From Chloroflexota bacterium (GTDB lineage: Bacteria > Chloroflexota > Anaerolineae > UBA4142): a stretch of 64,000 bases of DNA. Location: positions 24,751 to 88,750 of the forward strand of contig JACRBM010000039.1 in the NCBI GenBank assembly GCA_016219275.1, read 5' to 3'. Below are positions 47,740 to 56,661 of this stretch, piece by piece; positions within the stretch are counted from its first letter, which is position 1, and every line of letters starts with the position of its first letter. Both the position numbers and the translations under genes were made by a program. The notes beneath the pieces are model-generated. The model did not search any database and was not told the DNA's origin. It was given only the letters and a program-made list of their open reading frames with translations.

Positions 47740-48128
47740 CCTTTCAATACCCAGACAAACAATGCAATGTCAATCAGAATCCCAAGCGAGATCCAGGCGT
47801 GCCAAAAAACGATGAGCAGTCCAAGCGATATGATGGATGCCGCGACGGTCAGCAATTGCCACCCATTTTGTAGGACCGGTACGCCGAGAAATCCCAGACC
47901 TGCCAGAACATAACCGCAAACAGTGAGAATCCACAGCACAGTACCGATCCAACGCGTTGTCTTCGCGTCCAAACCCATTGGCGTCAAAAGCCACGAGCGC
48001 GTCAACACAAAGGGCCATTCCGGCGCGCCGGGTTTTGGCGGCGGCGCGGGCGATGCGTAAGACGCGTGAATCAATCCATGCGCGATCAGAAATAATCCGA
48101 TCCCGATTTTGAAAATTCCGTCTGACAT
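47736..48128 (-). CDS. Small hydrophobic membrane protein (4 TM)
   Basis: It is 130 aa. Its stop overlaps the dehydrogenase start (ATGA). Confidence 0.5.
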   Translation of the reverse strand: MSDGIFKIGIGLFLIAHGLIHASYASPAPPPKPGAPEWPFVLTRSWLLTPMGLDAKTTRWIGTVLWILTVCGYVLAGLGFLGVPVLQNGWQLLTVAASIISLGLLIVFWHAWISLGILIDIALFVWVLKG

Positions 48129-48138
48129 TCCGTTCCTC

Positions 48139-48999
48139 TCAAAGATTTTTTCCAAGCGCGAGCGCACCCAATACGCCCGCGCGATTTCCCAAACCTGGCG
48201 CGACGATGTACTCAGCGATGCGATCCAAAATTTCCGGCGATTGAATGTAACCGTTGAGTAATTCACGCGTCTGCGTTTGAATCATCGGCAAGAGATGCGG
48301 TTGCGCCATTACGCCGCCACCCAGGATGATGCGTTGCGGCGAAAGCGTACACGTCCAGTTCGCCGCCGCGAGCGCGAGGTAACGCGCTTCAATATTCCAA
48401 CCTGGATGATCGGGCGGCAAAGTCTCCGCGCGTTGCCCCCAACGTTTCTCCATCGCCGGACCATTTGCGAGTCCTTCGAGGCAATCGCCGTGAAACGGAC
48501 AACTTCCTGGGAACGGGTCGGCTTGCTGGTCGTGCGGCAGAAAAATGTGTCCCATCTCCGGATGCATCAAGCCGTGCATCAGCTTGCCGTTGACCATCCC
48601 GCCGCCCCCGATGCCAGTACCAATCGTCACATAGATAAAATCGTCCAGCCCACGCGCGGCGCCCCACGCGTGTTCGCCGAGCGCGGCGACATTCACATCC
48701 GTGTCGAATCCAACCGGCACGTTGAACGCGCGGCGAATCGCGCCGGCGAGATCGGTGTTCGCCCACCCAGATTTCGGCGTCGTCGTGATACAGCCGCGTT
48801 GCAAATCCACCGGACCGAACGAACCGATGCCGATGGCATCCACACGCGGTTGCGCGCGAAAGAATTCGATCACCGCGCGAATTGTCTCGTCGGGTGTCGT
48901 CGTTGCGATGCGCGTCTCGGCGCGCAGGTCGTCGGGACCCGTGCCAATCGCGCAATTAAATTTCGTACCGCCCGCTTCGATAGCGCCGTATAATTTCAT
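48139..48999 (-). CDS. ROK-family sugar kinase (fructokinase/N-acetylhexosamine kinase-like)
   Basis: It has [16 protein letters not shown] and a Zn motif HxxxxGHxE...C..C..GC (HPEMGHI...CPFHGDC). Confidence 0.8.
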   Translation of the reverse strand: MKLYGAIEAGGTKFNCAIGTGPDDLRAETRIATTTPDETIRAVIEFFRAQPRVDAIGIGSFGPVDLQRGCITTTPKSGWANTDLAGAIRRAFNVPVGFDTDVNVAALGEHAWGAARGLDDFIYVTIGTGIGGGGMVNGKLMHGLMHPEMGHIFLPHDQQADPFPGSCPFHGDCLEGLANGPAMEKRWGQRAETLPPDHPGWNIEARYLALAAANWTCTLSPQRIILGGGVMAQPHLLPMIQTQTRELLNGYIQSPEILDRIAEYIVAPGLGNRAGVLGALALGKNL

Positions 49000-49000
49000 T

Positions 49001-49029
49001 TTTGATTTTCGATTTCTGATTTTCGATTC
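49001..49029. repeat. Repeat family B copy 4 (ttttgattttcgatttctgattttcgatt), abutting family A copy 2
   Basis: It is a degenerate copy. Confidence 0.6.
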
Positions 49030-49118
49030 GTCATTGCGAGGAGCGCAGTTTGCGACGAAGCCGCGAAGCGTCCAATTCGCTTGGTGGGGATTGCTTCGCA
49101 AAAAACGTTCGCAATGAC
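49030..49118. repeat. Repeat family A copy 2
   Basis: It is gtcattgcgagg...cgaagcg...ggggattgcttcgc...cgcaatgac. Confidence 0.8.
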
Positions 49119-49125
49119 AAAAAAC

Positions 49126-49156
49126 AATCCGCGTTTATCCGCGTTCATCCGCGTCC
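49126..49156. repeat. Repeat family C half copy (aatccgcgtttatccgcgttcatccgcgtcc)
   Basis: It has only the right arm, with ATCCGCGTT triplication. Confidence 0.6.
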
Positions 49157-50455
49157 CATTTCCCACGGGCTGGTCATTACACCGCGCGCGTCGAACGCAA
49201 GCGGAACTTCGCCGACAATTCGCAAACGTGGGTGCGATTCGATTTCTGTACGCAAATTTTCGCTCGCCCAAAACATATCGAGCTTGAGAGTGTTTTCGAT
49301 AAGCACCCAGCGCGCGGTCTCGTACGGTTGCCCGCAACCGCGCAACGCGATTTGCAACGCGCGGCGATCATCCGGCATCGTCAGCGGCACCGCCGAGTGG
49401 AACATTCCAAAAATGCCGGACGTGATCGAGTTCGTGTACGTCGTCGCCCAGTCCGTCTTGTCCACGAGTCGTTGCGTCGTCACATTCGCCAAACCGATGC
49501 CGCACGCGTTGCCGTGCGTCTCTTTCGTCAAATCCAGGACGGCGATCATCGCGACATCCACACCCTCCGTCGGTTCGGGCGTGCGCGCCATCAACATCCG
49601 ATTGGCGACATTCGTATCCATTCCACTACCGCTAATGTTCTTGCCGATCTGTTTGAGCACGAGCACTTCAACGCGCGCGACCGGAATGCTCGCCATCAAC
49701 GCTTTCGCGCGATGCAACAAATCCATCTCGCGCGTCGCGCCGATTTCCGACGCAGGCAGCGCGGTGATTTCGGCAGTCTCGTCGCGCGCGTTCTCGATGA
49801 TCGCGATGCCGCCGACGAGATTCGTATTCGCTTCGTAAATGCGCGCGGCAGGAGCGAGCCAACGTTGAAAACCCGCGCCGCCGTACACGTGCATCGCGAG
49901 AGCGCCGCGCTGACGCCCTAGACCGATGACGCACATTTTGGCGAGACCGCTTTCGAGGTCACCGTGGAAATTCGTGTGCGGCTTGACGCGCCCGATGAGC
50001 AAGGTGTGATCGGCGGTTGACGAAAGCGCGTCTTGATACAGCGGCGGACCATCGGGCAGTCTGCCAATTTCGCGCACGTCCATCGTCGCGCGAATCTCCG
50101 CGCCGATAGAATCGCGCGTGACACCCAGGTCGGCGAGCACACCAATTTGTCCGTCGGCGGTCGCGCCGCCGTGACTGCCCATCGCCGGCATCACGAACGC
50201 GCGCGCGCCATGATCGCGCAACGCGTCCATCACCGCGCGCACAATCACCGGCAAATTCGCAATGCCGCGACTGCCGACGCCGACGGCAACCGTCGCACCC
50301 GGCTGGATGCGCGGTAGCAGAGTTCGCATCGCCTCGCGCGTTGACGCGGCAACATCGCTCACGCGCGGCGCGTCAAAGCGTTGCTCGACCGCGAGCAATT
50401 TTTCCGGCAACGGCACAGGAAAATCAAGTTGTTGGATTTGTTCGATTAGTTTCAT
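49145..50455 (-). CDS. LarA-like (DUF2088) putative nickel-pincer-cofactor-dependent racemase/epimerase, tentative
   Basis: It is 436 aa. Its pattern MPAMGSHGG...VKPHTNFHGDLESGLAKM resembles the LarA His/Lys cofactor-anchoring region. The assignment is not secure. Confidence 0.45.
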   Translation of the reverse strand: MKLIEQIQQLDFPVPLPEKLLAVEQRFDAPRVSDVAASTREAMRTLLPRIQPGATVAVGVGSRGIANLPVIVRAVMDALRDHGARAFVMPAMGSHGGATADGQIGVLADLGVTRDSIGAEIRATMDVREIGRLPDGPPLYQDALSSTADHTLLIGRVKPHTNFHGDLESGLAKMCVIGLGRQRGALAMHVYGGAGFQRWLAPAARIYEANTNLVGGIAIIENARDETAEITALPASEIGATREMDLLHRAKALMASIPVARVEVLVLKQIGKNISGSGMDTNVANRMLMARTPEPTEGVDVAMIAVLDLTKETHGNACGIGLANVTTQRLVDKTDWATTYTNSITSGIFGMFHSAVPLTMPDDRRALQIALRGCGQPYETARWVLIENTLKLDMFWASENLRTEIESHPRLRIVGEVPLAFDARGVMTSPWEMGRG

Positions 50456-50514
50456 GGTTCAGTGTTCAGTCTTCAGTAATCAGTATTCAGTACGCGACTG
50501 AATACTGAACACTG
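50456..50514. repeat. Heptamer array (TTCAGTN)x5 plus inverted copy, immediately upstream of LarA-like start
   Basis: It is ggttcagtgttcagtcttcagtaatcagtattcagtacgcgactgaatactgaacactg. Confidence 0.75.
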
Positions 50515-50522
50515 CAGACTAT

Positions 50523-51206
50523 TTACTTTTTTCCAATCTTGGTCTTTTTCACTCGCCCCACAATCTCGCGCAAAACGCCTTCGAGATCCGGGTCGGCAGG
50601 TTTGAATTCAGCGCCGCTGATGACGAGCGGCGCGCCGAACACGACGATCTGCGCGCCCAGCTCTAGCGTTTGAATCGCCTGGTCAATCGAGAGTCCACCG
50701 ACCGCCTGGACTGGGATCGTGACCGCGTCGAGCACCGGTTTCAAATCGTCGAGCGGGGAAAGACCCTTGATCATGTTGCGTTCGTCAAACCCGGTGTGCA
50801 CGATGATGTAATCCACGCCCATCTCTTCGGCTTGACGCGCGCGCGCCGGTTTGTTCGGGCACAGCATTACGTCGCACATCACCTTGCCGTTGTAACGTTC
50901 CGCCATTTTCACTTGCTCGATAATGCTCGCATCGTGCGCTTGTCCCATCACGACGACCATGTTCGCGCCGGCATGAAACATCATTTCCGCTTCGAGTCCC
51001 GCACCGTCCATCGTCTTCAAGTCCGCGACAATCGGGACGTGCGGAAATTCGCGGCGCAGCATCTTTACGCCGTGCAATCCTTCCGCGAGAATGAACGGCG
51101 TGCCAGCTTCGAGCCAATCCACGCCCGCGCGCACCGCGACGCGCGCAACGGCGAGCGCCTCATCCGTGCTCGTGAGATCGAGTGAAATCTGAATGATAGG
51201 TTCCAC
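50523..51206 (-). CDS. 3-hexulose-6-phosphate synthase / 3-keto-L-gulonate-6-phosphate decarboxylase family (OMPDC suprafamily)
   Basis: It has QISLDL, VADLKTMD and HTGFD motifs and is 227 aa. Confidence 0.75.
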   Translation of the reverse strand: MEPIIQISLDLTSTDEALAVARVAVRAGVDWLEAGTPFILAEGLHGVKMLRREFPHVPIVADLKTMDGAGLEAEMMFHAGANMVVVMGQAHDASIIEQVKMAERYNGKVMCDVMLCPNKPARARQAEEMGVDYIIVHTGFDERNMIKGLSPLDDLKPVLDAVTIPVQAVGGLSIDQAIQTLELGAQIVVFGAPLVISGAEFKPADPDLEGVLREIVGRVKKTKIGKK

Positions 51207-51303
51207 GTTTTTTCCTTGTTTCCTTTTCCTTTATTTCCCTCATTTCCCTTGACTCCCAGGGAATGAAAGGGAAATGTGGGAAATGCGGGAACTCTGGTTC
51301 GCT

Positions 51304-52197
51304 CTATTCCCCAAAATATTTTTCGCGCATCCGTTTCAAAAACTCGATAGACTCACGCATCTCGTCCATACCGTTCATGCCGTCTTCTATGCTGATCCAA
51401 CCTTGATAGTTTACCGATTTCAAAATGCGAAAGATCGCGTCGTAATCGTTCGCACCGCGCCCGGTCACGCCGTGCTTGAGCGCCTGCGGATAACCGAGCG
51501 TCCCGTCCGCTTCGCGCAGGTCTTCGATACGCGTCCCAGGTTCGAGATAGCGGTCGCTCGCGTGCATCGTTTTGACGCGATGCTTGACTGCGTCGAGCAA
51601 CGCGATGGGATCGTCGCCCGCGACAAGCGCGTTCGATGGATCGTACTGGACGCCAAAGCAGTCGCGTTCGTCAATCGCGTTGACGATGCGGAGAAACACA
51701 TCCATCTTTTGCGCGAACTCGCGGTACCTCCAAGGACTGTCCTTGAAATGATTTTCCATCGCGAGGACGACGCCGTGCTCGCGCGCGGCGGGCAAGCACG
51801 CCTTGATGCACTCGATCACCCATTCAACACCCTGCTCGATGGACACCTCCGGGTATGCTTGCCCGCTGAGGATGCGGCACGCTGCGCCTTTGCCGCCGAG
51901 CCGTCGCGTGACGCGAATAAATTCGATTTCGCGCGCAACCTCGCGCTTGCGTTCGTCCGCGTCAGGATGTGTAAAATTCGGCGAGACGCACAACATTGGC
52001 ATTACGTAACCCGCGCCATGAATCGCCGCGCCAACGCGATCAATATACGCGTCGTCAAGCGATTCGAAAAAGCCGCCGTACATCTCAAGACCTTCCGCGC
52101 CGAGCGACTTGCTCATCGCGATCCAATCGAGCACGCTCATACCTTGATGCGACGAAATTTCGTCAAGGTAACATTTGGGGAACGCAGATATTTTCAT
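51304..52197 (-). CDS. Xylose-isomerase-like TIM-barrel sugar-phosphate isomerase/epimerase (UlaE/SgbU-like)
   Basis: It has AP_endonuc_2-type motifs (LAMENH, ISIEDG). Confidence 0.7.
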   Translation of the reverse strand: MKISAFPKCYLDEISSHQGMSVLDWIAMSKSLGAEGLEMYGGFFESLDDAYIDRVGAAIHGAGYVMPMLCVSPNFTHPDADERKREVAREIEFIRVTRRLGGKGAACRILSGQAYPEVSIEQGVEWVIECIKACLPAAREHGVVLAMENHFKDSPWRYREFAQKMDVFLRIVNAIDERDCFGVQYDPSNALVAGDDPIALLDAVKHRVKTMHASDRYLEPGTRIEDLREADGTLGYPQALKHGVTGRGANDYDAIFRILKSVNYQGWISIEDGMNGMDEMRESIEFLKRMREKYFGE

Positions 52198-52209
52198 CAG
52201 AGCTCCGAT

Positions 52210-52311
52210 GTCATTGCAAGCCACGCAGGGGGCGAAGCAATCCCCAACTAACCCGGTGGAGATTGCTTGCTTCGACTTCGCTCAGCACGCAAAAACCGCC
52301 CTCGCAATGAC
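52210..52311. repeat. Repeat family A copy 3
   Basis: It is gtcattgcaagccacgcagggggcgaagcaatcccc...gattgcttgcttcg...ctcgcaatgac. Confidence 0.8.
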
Positions 52312-52314
52312 AAT

Positions 52315-53331
52315 TCAAAGTTGCTTGCAACTTGCACGCACGACCAGTTCCGCTTTGAGCGTCACATCGGGCAACGCGATGGGTTTTGCCTCGCGCCCGC
52401 GCCGCGATTCAATTGCGCGGAGCAACGTGTCCACCGCCGCATCGCACATCGCGGCGACCGGTTGCGCGACGACTGTGAGCGACGGCGCAAAGAGCGGTGC
52501 CCAAGGTTGATCGTCAAAACAAACAAGCGATACATCGTCGGGACAATTCAATCGCAGTTCCTTCATCGCGCGCAACGCGCCGAGTGCCATCAAATAGTTC
52601 GTCGCGACCAACGCGGTCGGTCGCTTGGGCAAGGTCAACAACGTGCGCGCGCTCTCGAACGCCGCGTCGAGCGATTGATCGGTGATCGCGATGAGCGACG
52701 CGTCAATGCCGATGCGGCGCGCGCGCAACGCTTTACGATAGCCGCTGATGCGACCGGCAACCGTCGAGAGCGTGGGATTGCGCGCGAGAATCGCGATGCG
52801 ACGATGACCCAGTTCGATCAGATATTGAGTCGCGCAATGACTCGCGTCAAAATTATCAACAGCGATGACCGGACCCAGGTTTTCAGTTGGACGACGGTCA
52901 ACAAAAACGAGCGGAATTTTTTGCGCGACAAATTCGTGGAGGATCGGTTGCGCGGTGCCCGTCGGCGCAACGATCACACCGTCCACGCGCCGCGCGAGCA
53001 AGAGTTCGAGATAACGCGCTTCCTTATCCGGCGCTTCGTCAGTGTTGCACACGATCAGGTTGTATTTTTTCGCGGACAAACGATCTTCGATGCCGCGCAC
53101 GAGCGACGCGAAAAACGGATTGGTGATATCGGCGACGAGCACGCCGACGGTGTGCGTGATGCTGGTGCTAAGCATCTGCGCGATCGCGCTGGGACGATAG
53201 TTGAGTTTCGCGACCGCGCGCATCACCGCGCGGCGCGTGTCGGGCGCAACCCAGCGCGACTCGTTGAGAACATGCGATACGGTCGCGGTGCTGACCCGCG
53301 CAAGTTTTGCGACATCACGAATAGTAGGCAT
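52315..53331 (-). CDS. LacI-family transcriptional regulator
   Basis: It has an N-terminal HTH MPTIRDVAKLARVSTATVSHVLN and a periplasmic-binding-like effector domain. Confidence 0.85.
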   Translation of the reverse strand: MPTIRDVAKLARVSTATVSHVLNESRWVAPDTRRAVMRAVAKLNYRPSAIAQMLSTSITHTVGVLVADITNPFFASLVRGIEDRLSAKKYNLIVCNTDEAPDKEARYLELLLARRVDGVIVAPTGTAQPILHEFVAQKIPLVFVDRRPTENLGPVIAVDNFDASHCATQYLIELGHRRIAILARNPTLSTVAGRISGYRKALRARRIGIDASLIAITDQSLDAAFESARTLLTLPKRPTALVATNYLMALGALRAMKELRLNCPDDVSLVCFDDQPWAPLFAPSLTVVAQPVAAMCDAAVDTLLRAIESRRGREAKPIALPDVTLKAELVVRASCKQL

Positions 53332-53342
53332 AGGCGTGGAAA

Positions 53343-53392
53343 GTGAACCGTGAACAGTGTTCAGTGTTCAGTATGCAGTGTTCAGAATTCAG
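53343..53392. repeat. Heptamer array (CAGTGNN)n immediately upstream of LacI start
   Basis: It is gtgaaccgtgaacagtgttcagtgttcagtatgcagtgttcagaattcag. Confidence 0.75.
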
Positions 53393-53533
53393 AAAAATGA
53401 GAAACACACTGAGTTAAACGGTTACGTAATCGGTTAAATTATAGCGCGCGTGCGAAAAATTGTCAAAAAAAGCGCGCCGCTTTGCCAGAATCCAGGTTTC
53501 GGGAAAATACCTGGATTCTATCTCACGCGCCGA

Positions 53534-54859
53534 TCACTGTTTTTCGATCAGCGGCAAGTAGTTCAAGGATGGCATGGCTGTCGCGCCGAACTCATCCGCC
53601 CCAATGTCGCGCGCGCCGCCGATGGGACGCGCGTTGCCATCCATATCGTCGTCGCATAACCCTGCCGCGAGCGACGCGCCCTGATTGATCGCACTTGTCG
53701 CGCTCGCGTTCAAATGCAGATTGCCATTCGCGCCATCTACAAACAGCGCGAGCGGCGCGTTTTGGAGATTGCTCGCCTGGGTGTCCGCCCCGCCACGATC
53801 ACTCAAGTTGTGGCTGACGAGATTGTTCGTGAGATCAACAATCGTGTTGCTAAAGCGCCACTCGATGGACGAGAACGGCGCTTGCGTCGAGACGACCGTG
53901 TTGTGCAAAATTTTTGCGCCGCACGTTTGCCAAACGCAAATGCCGCAATCGAATCCATACTCGGACGCGAACAACTCGGCGCGATTCGCGAACACGGAAT
54001 TGTTGCGCGCGATGCCGCCGTAATGATCCACGTACCCAACCGCCGTCGGGCAAGGATTGTCGCCGTACGTCCGCCCGGTTCCACTCTCGACGAGACCAAA
54101 GCCGACGCCGCGCGCGTTGTTGACGAGAACGTTCCGCTCGACAACGGTATCGCGACTGCCGACCCAGAAATGAATCGCGTGTTCGGATAATCCGGCGTTG
54201 CACCAAAATCCCTCGATGCGATTGTCGCGCGCAGTCCAACCGCGCGATTGATGCGCGTCCACGCCGCCGGTGTAACAATTGTTGCGAACCTGGGTGCGCC
54301 CTGCATCGGTGAGTTCGATGTGCGAACACGCGATCGTACCGTAATCGGTGAAATAACTGGCGACCCCAGGATTGATCTTGATTGCCTGCTCGCCGGGATC
54401 AACGATGTGAACGTTGTAAATCAGCGTGTTGTTCGTGTGACTGCCCGCCTGGGACATGACATGAATTGGATGATAGTACGCTTCGCGCAGAGTCAGGTCG
54501 GCAATCGTCACATTCGACGTGACGATTTGGATGATCTCGGTCGTGAGATAGTTGCCGTCGAGGACGACCGCATCGCGATTGCCGCTCACGGAACGCAGCG
54601 TCACGTTCGACGCGGCGATGCGCAGGTACGCGCCGTCGAGATTGTACGTGCCGTCCGCGATGAGTATCGTCGTACCCGCCGTCGCGCTGTTGACCGCGTT
54701 CTGCAACGCGGCGACCGTGGACACGTTGACGATGTTGCCGGTCGGCGGCGCAAGCGGCGCGCAGGCAGCAGATGCGATACGCGGTTGTGCGGCGACGCGC
54801 GCTGGCGCGAGTAAACCCAGGAATAGAATGAGGAGCGCAGACAATTGGGTGCGTTTCAC
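53534..54859 (-). CDS. Secreted right-handed parallel beta-helix repeat protein (pectin-lyase-fold)
   Basis: It has a signal peptide (LSALLILFLGLLAPARVAAQ) and repeated N-x-[ST]/NxxI beta-helix rungs. GTG start is assumed. Confidence 0.6.
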   Translation of the reverse strand: MKRTQLSALLILFLGLLAPARVAAQPRIASAACAPLAPPTGNIVNVSTVAALQNAVNSATAGTTILIADGTYNLDGAYLRIAASNVTLRSVSGNRDAVVLDGNYLTTEIIQIVTSNVTIADLTLREAYYHPIHVMSQAGSHTNNTLIYNVHIVDPGEQAIKINPGVASYFTDYGTIACSHIELTDAGRTQVRNNCYTGGVDAHQSRGWTARDNRIEGFWCNAGLSEHAIHFWVGSRDTVVERNVLVNNARGVGFGLVESGTGRTYGDNPCPTAVGYVDHYGGIARNNSVFANRAELFASEYGFDCGICVWQTCGAKILHNTVVSTQAPFSSIEWRFSNTIVDLTNNLVSHNLSDRGGADTQASNLQNAPLALFVDGANGNLHLNASATSAINQGASLAAGLCDDDMDGNARPIGGARDIGADEFGATAMPSLNYLPLIEKQ

Positions 54860-56514
54860 CAACCCGCCTGTCGAAGAATAAATGGCAGAAAGTTGGTCGA
54901 GGGTTGCGGTGGCGGTGTGGAAACATTCGGCGCGACGCCCATCCGCAAATAACCGCCGCGCCCGGTGCTCCATAAGATTCGCGCGTTCGCGGTGCCGGGC
55001 AAATCGTACGCGACCAAGCCGGTGTGCGCGGTGCCGACGACGACTTCGAGATCCCCGTCCGCATCAATGTTCGCAATCGTCGGGGCTGCCAGCGCGCCGT
55101 CCCAGTTTTGCGTTGAGCGCGGCAAATCAATCGCGTGAAGCAATGCGCCGTTCCAACCCAGGATCAAAAGTTGTCCACCCGCGTTGCTTCCCTTTTGCGT
55201 CCAGGTCGTTACGATCACTTCGGCTTTGCCATCGCTGTCGAGATCAACCACGGCTGGTTCGGAACCAAAGCGAATGAAACTCTCGGCGGGATTCTTGATG
55301 CGATAAGGAAAATTGCCGTGCTCGGTACGATCCAACCAGTACGCATGCAAGCGACCATCGTACGATTCGTAGAGAATCTCGCGGAGTCCATCGCCATCCA
55401 AATCAACGACGACTGGATTCGGCATCACCGTTTCGATAGCGTTGTAATCTTCAGAGAGCGGCGTCGCGGTAAGATCGCGTGTCGGCAAATTCGTCCAATC
55501 GTAACCATTGCCTGACCAGCGCGTGCGATCCGCGCGCAAAATGTATGGGGAGTGAAACAAACTCGTGTACGGATTCGTGCGGCAATCGTACTGATTACCG
55601 ATGATAATGATTTCGAGAATACCGTCGCCATTCACATCCGCGAAGGTCGGCGCGCTATCCGCGAAATTGGGACGCGGTTCGAGCGGCTCGACGCCGGTGG
55701 AACAATTCGCGTACCCGCGCAGATCAACCGCGTGATCGTAATGAAATCCGACGCGCGCCCACGGCTTGTTCTGTCCACTGACTTGTCCGTACAGCGCGTT
55801 CGCGCGCATCGGCGTCGCGTCGTCGTTGTAGCCAGACGTGTAATGCGTGTCGTTCGGTCCGATCATCTCCAATCGCCCATCGCCGTCGAGATCGGCAAGT
55901 CCAACGTTTTCGTTGAAGCATCCCGCGGCATAGCCAATCGAATCCGAATCGGTTTGCTGGGGCCAACCCGCGCGAATCGCGCCGGTGTGTTCGTAGATGA
56001 ACCACTGATTGTCGGAACGCGTCGAACAAACGAGAATTTCGAGATCGCCATTCGCGTCCACATCGCCGACCGCGAGCGAACGCAATTCGCTTCCAGCCGT
56101 CGGTTGTTGGAACCATCCTGGGAATGTCGTTCCGTTCGCGTTCGTGATCGTTAGCCATCCGCCACTATGCGCGGTCACGATTTCGCGCGCGCCATCGTTG
56201 TTCACATCCGCGACGACGACCGAGGGCCAACCGCGTCCTCCACTGGGATTCGCAATGATCCACTGGTCGCTTCCATCCTCACCGTTAACGACGACGATGC
56301 GATAATCGGTCCAGATGACTTCGGGCTTGCCATCGTTGTCGAGATCGGCGACGGCAGGCGAGGAGTACCAACCGGTGCGACACCAGGTCGTTTGGCATCC
56401 GCCGTTTTGCCATTTGAGTACCGGCGCAGAAATCGCGCGTGGAGTCGCGCTAGTGGGTTGTGCGATCGGCGCGAGGAAAAACGCGAACGCCGTCGCGAGG
56501 AGCCATTTGTTCAT
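54856..56514 (-). CDS. Secreted FG-GAP/VCBS-repeat beta-propeller protein
   Basis: It has a signal peptide (MNKWLLATAFAFFLAPIAQP) and multiple D.D.DG..E FG-GAP Ca-binding repeats. Confidence 0.7.
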   Translation of the reverse strand: MNKWLLATAFAFFLAPIAQPTSATPRAISAPVLKWQNGGCQTTWCRTGWYSSPAVADLDNDGKPEVIWTDYRIVVVNGEDGSDQWIIANPSGGRGWPSVVVADVNNDGAREIVTAHSGGWLTITNANGTTFPGWFQQPTAGSELRSLAVGDVDANGDLEILVCSTRSDNQWFIYEHTGAIRAGWPQQTDSDSIGYAAGCFNENVGLADLDGDGRLEMIGPNDTHYTSGYNDDATPMRANALYGQVSGQNKPWARVGFHYDHAVDLRGYANCSTGVEPLEPRPNFADSAPTFADVNGDGILEIIIIGNQYDCRTNPYTSLFHSPYILRADRTRWSGNGYDWTNLPTRDLTATPLSEDYNAIETVMPNPVVVDLDGDGLREILYESYDGRLHAYWLDRTEHGNFPYRIKNPAESFIRFGSEPAVVDLDSDGKAEVIVTTWTQKGSNAGGQLLILGWNGALLHAIDLPRSTQNWDGALAAPTIANIDADGDLEVVVGTAHTGLVAYDLPGTANARILWSTGRGGYLRMGVAPNVSTPPPQPSTNFLPFILRQAGW

Positions 56515-56578
56515 ACGAACATCATAGCGGCATCGCGGCAAAGTGTAAATGGTTGCAAGGTACTGAATACAAAAAATC

Positions 56579-56648
56579 GGACGCGGATTAACGCGGATGC
56601 ACGCGGATAAAATGAAAATCCGCGTTTGTCCGCGTTAATCCGCGTTCC
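56579..56648. repeat. Repeat family C copy 4
   Basis: It is ggacgcggattaacgcggatgcacgcggataaaatgaaaatccgcgtttgtccgcgttaatccgcgttcc. Confidence 0.75.
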
Positions 56649-56661
56649 ATTCCAAGATTAA

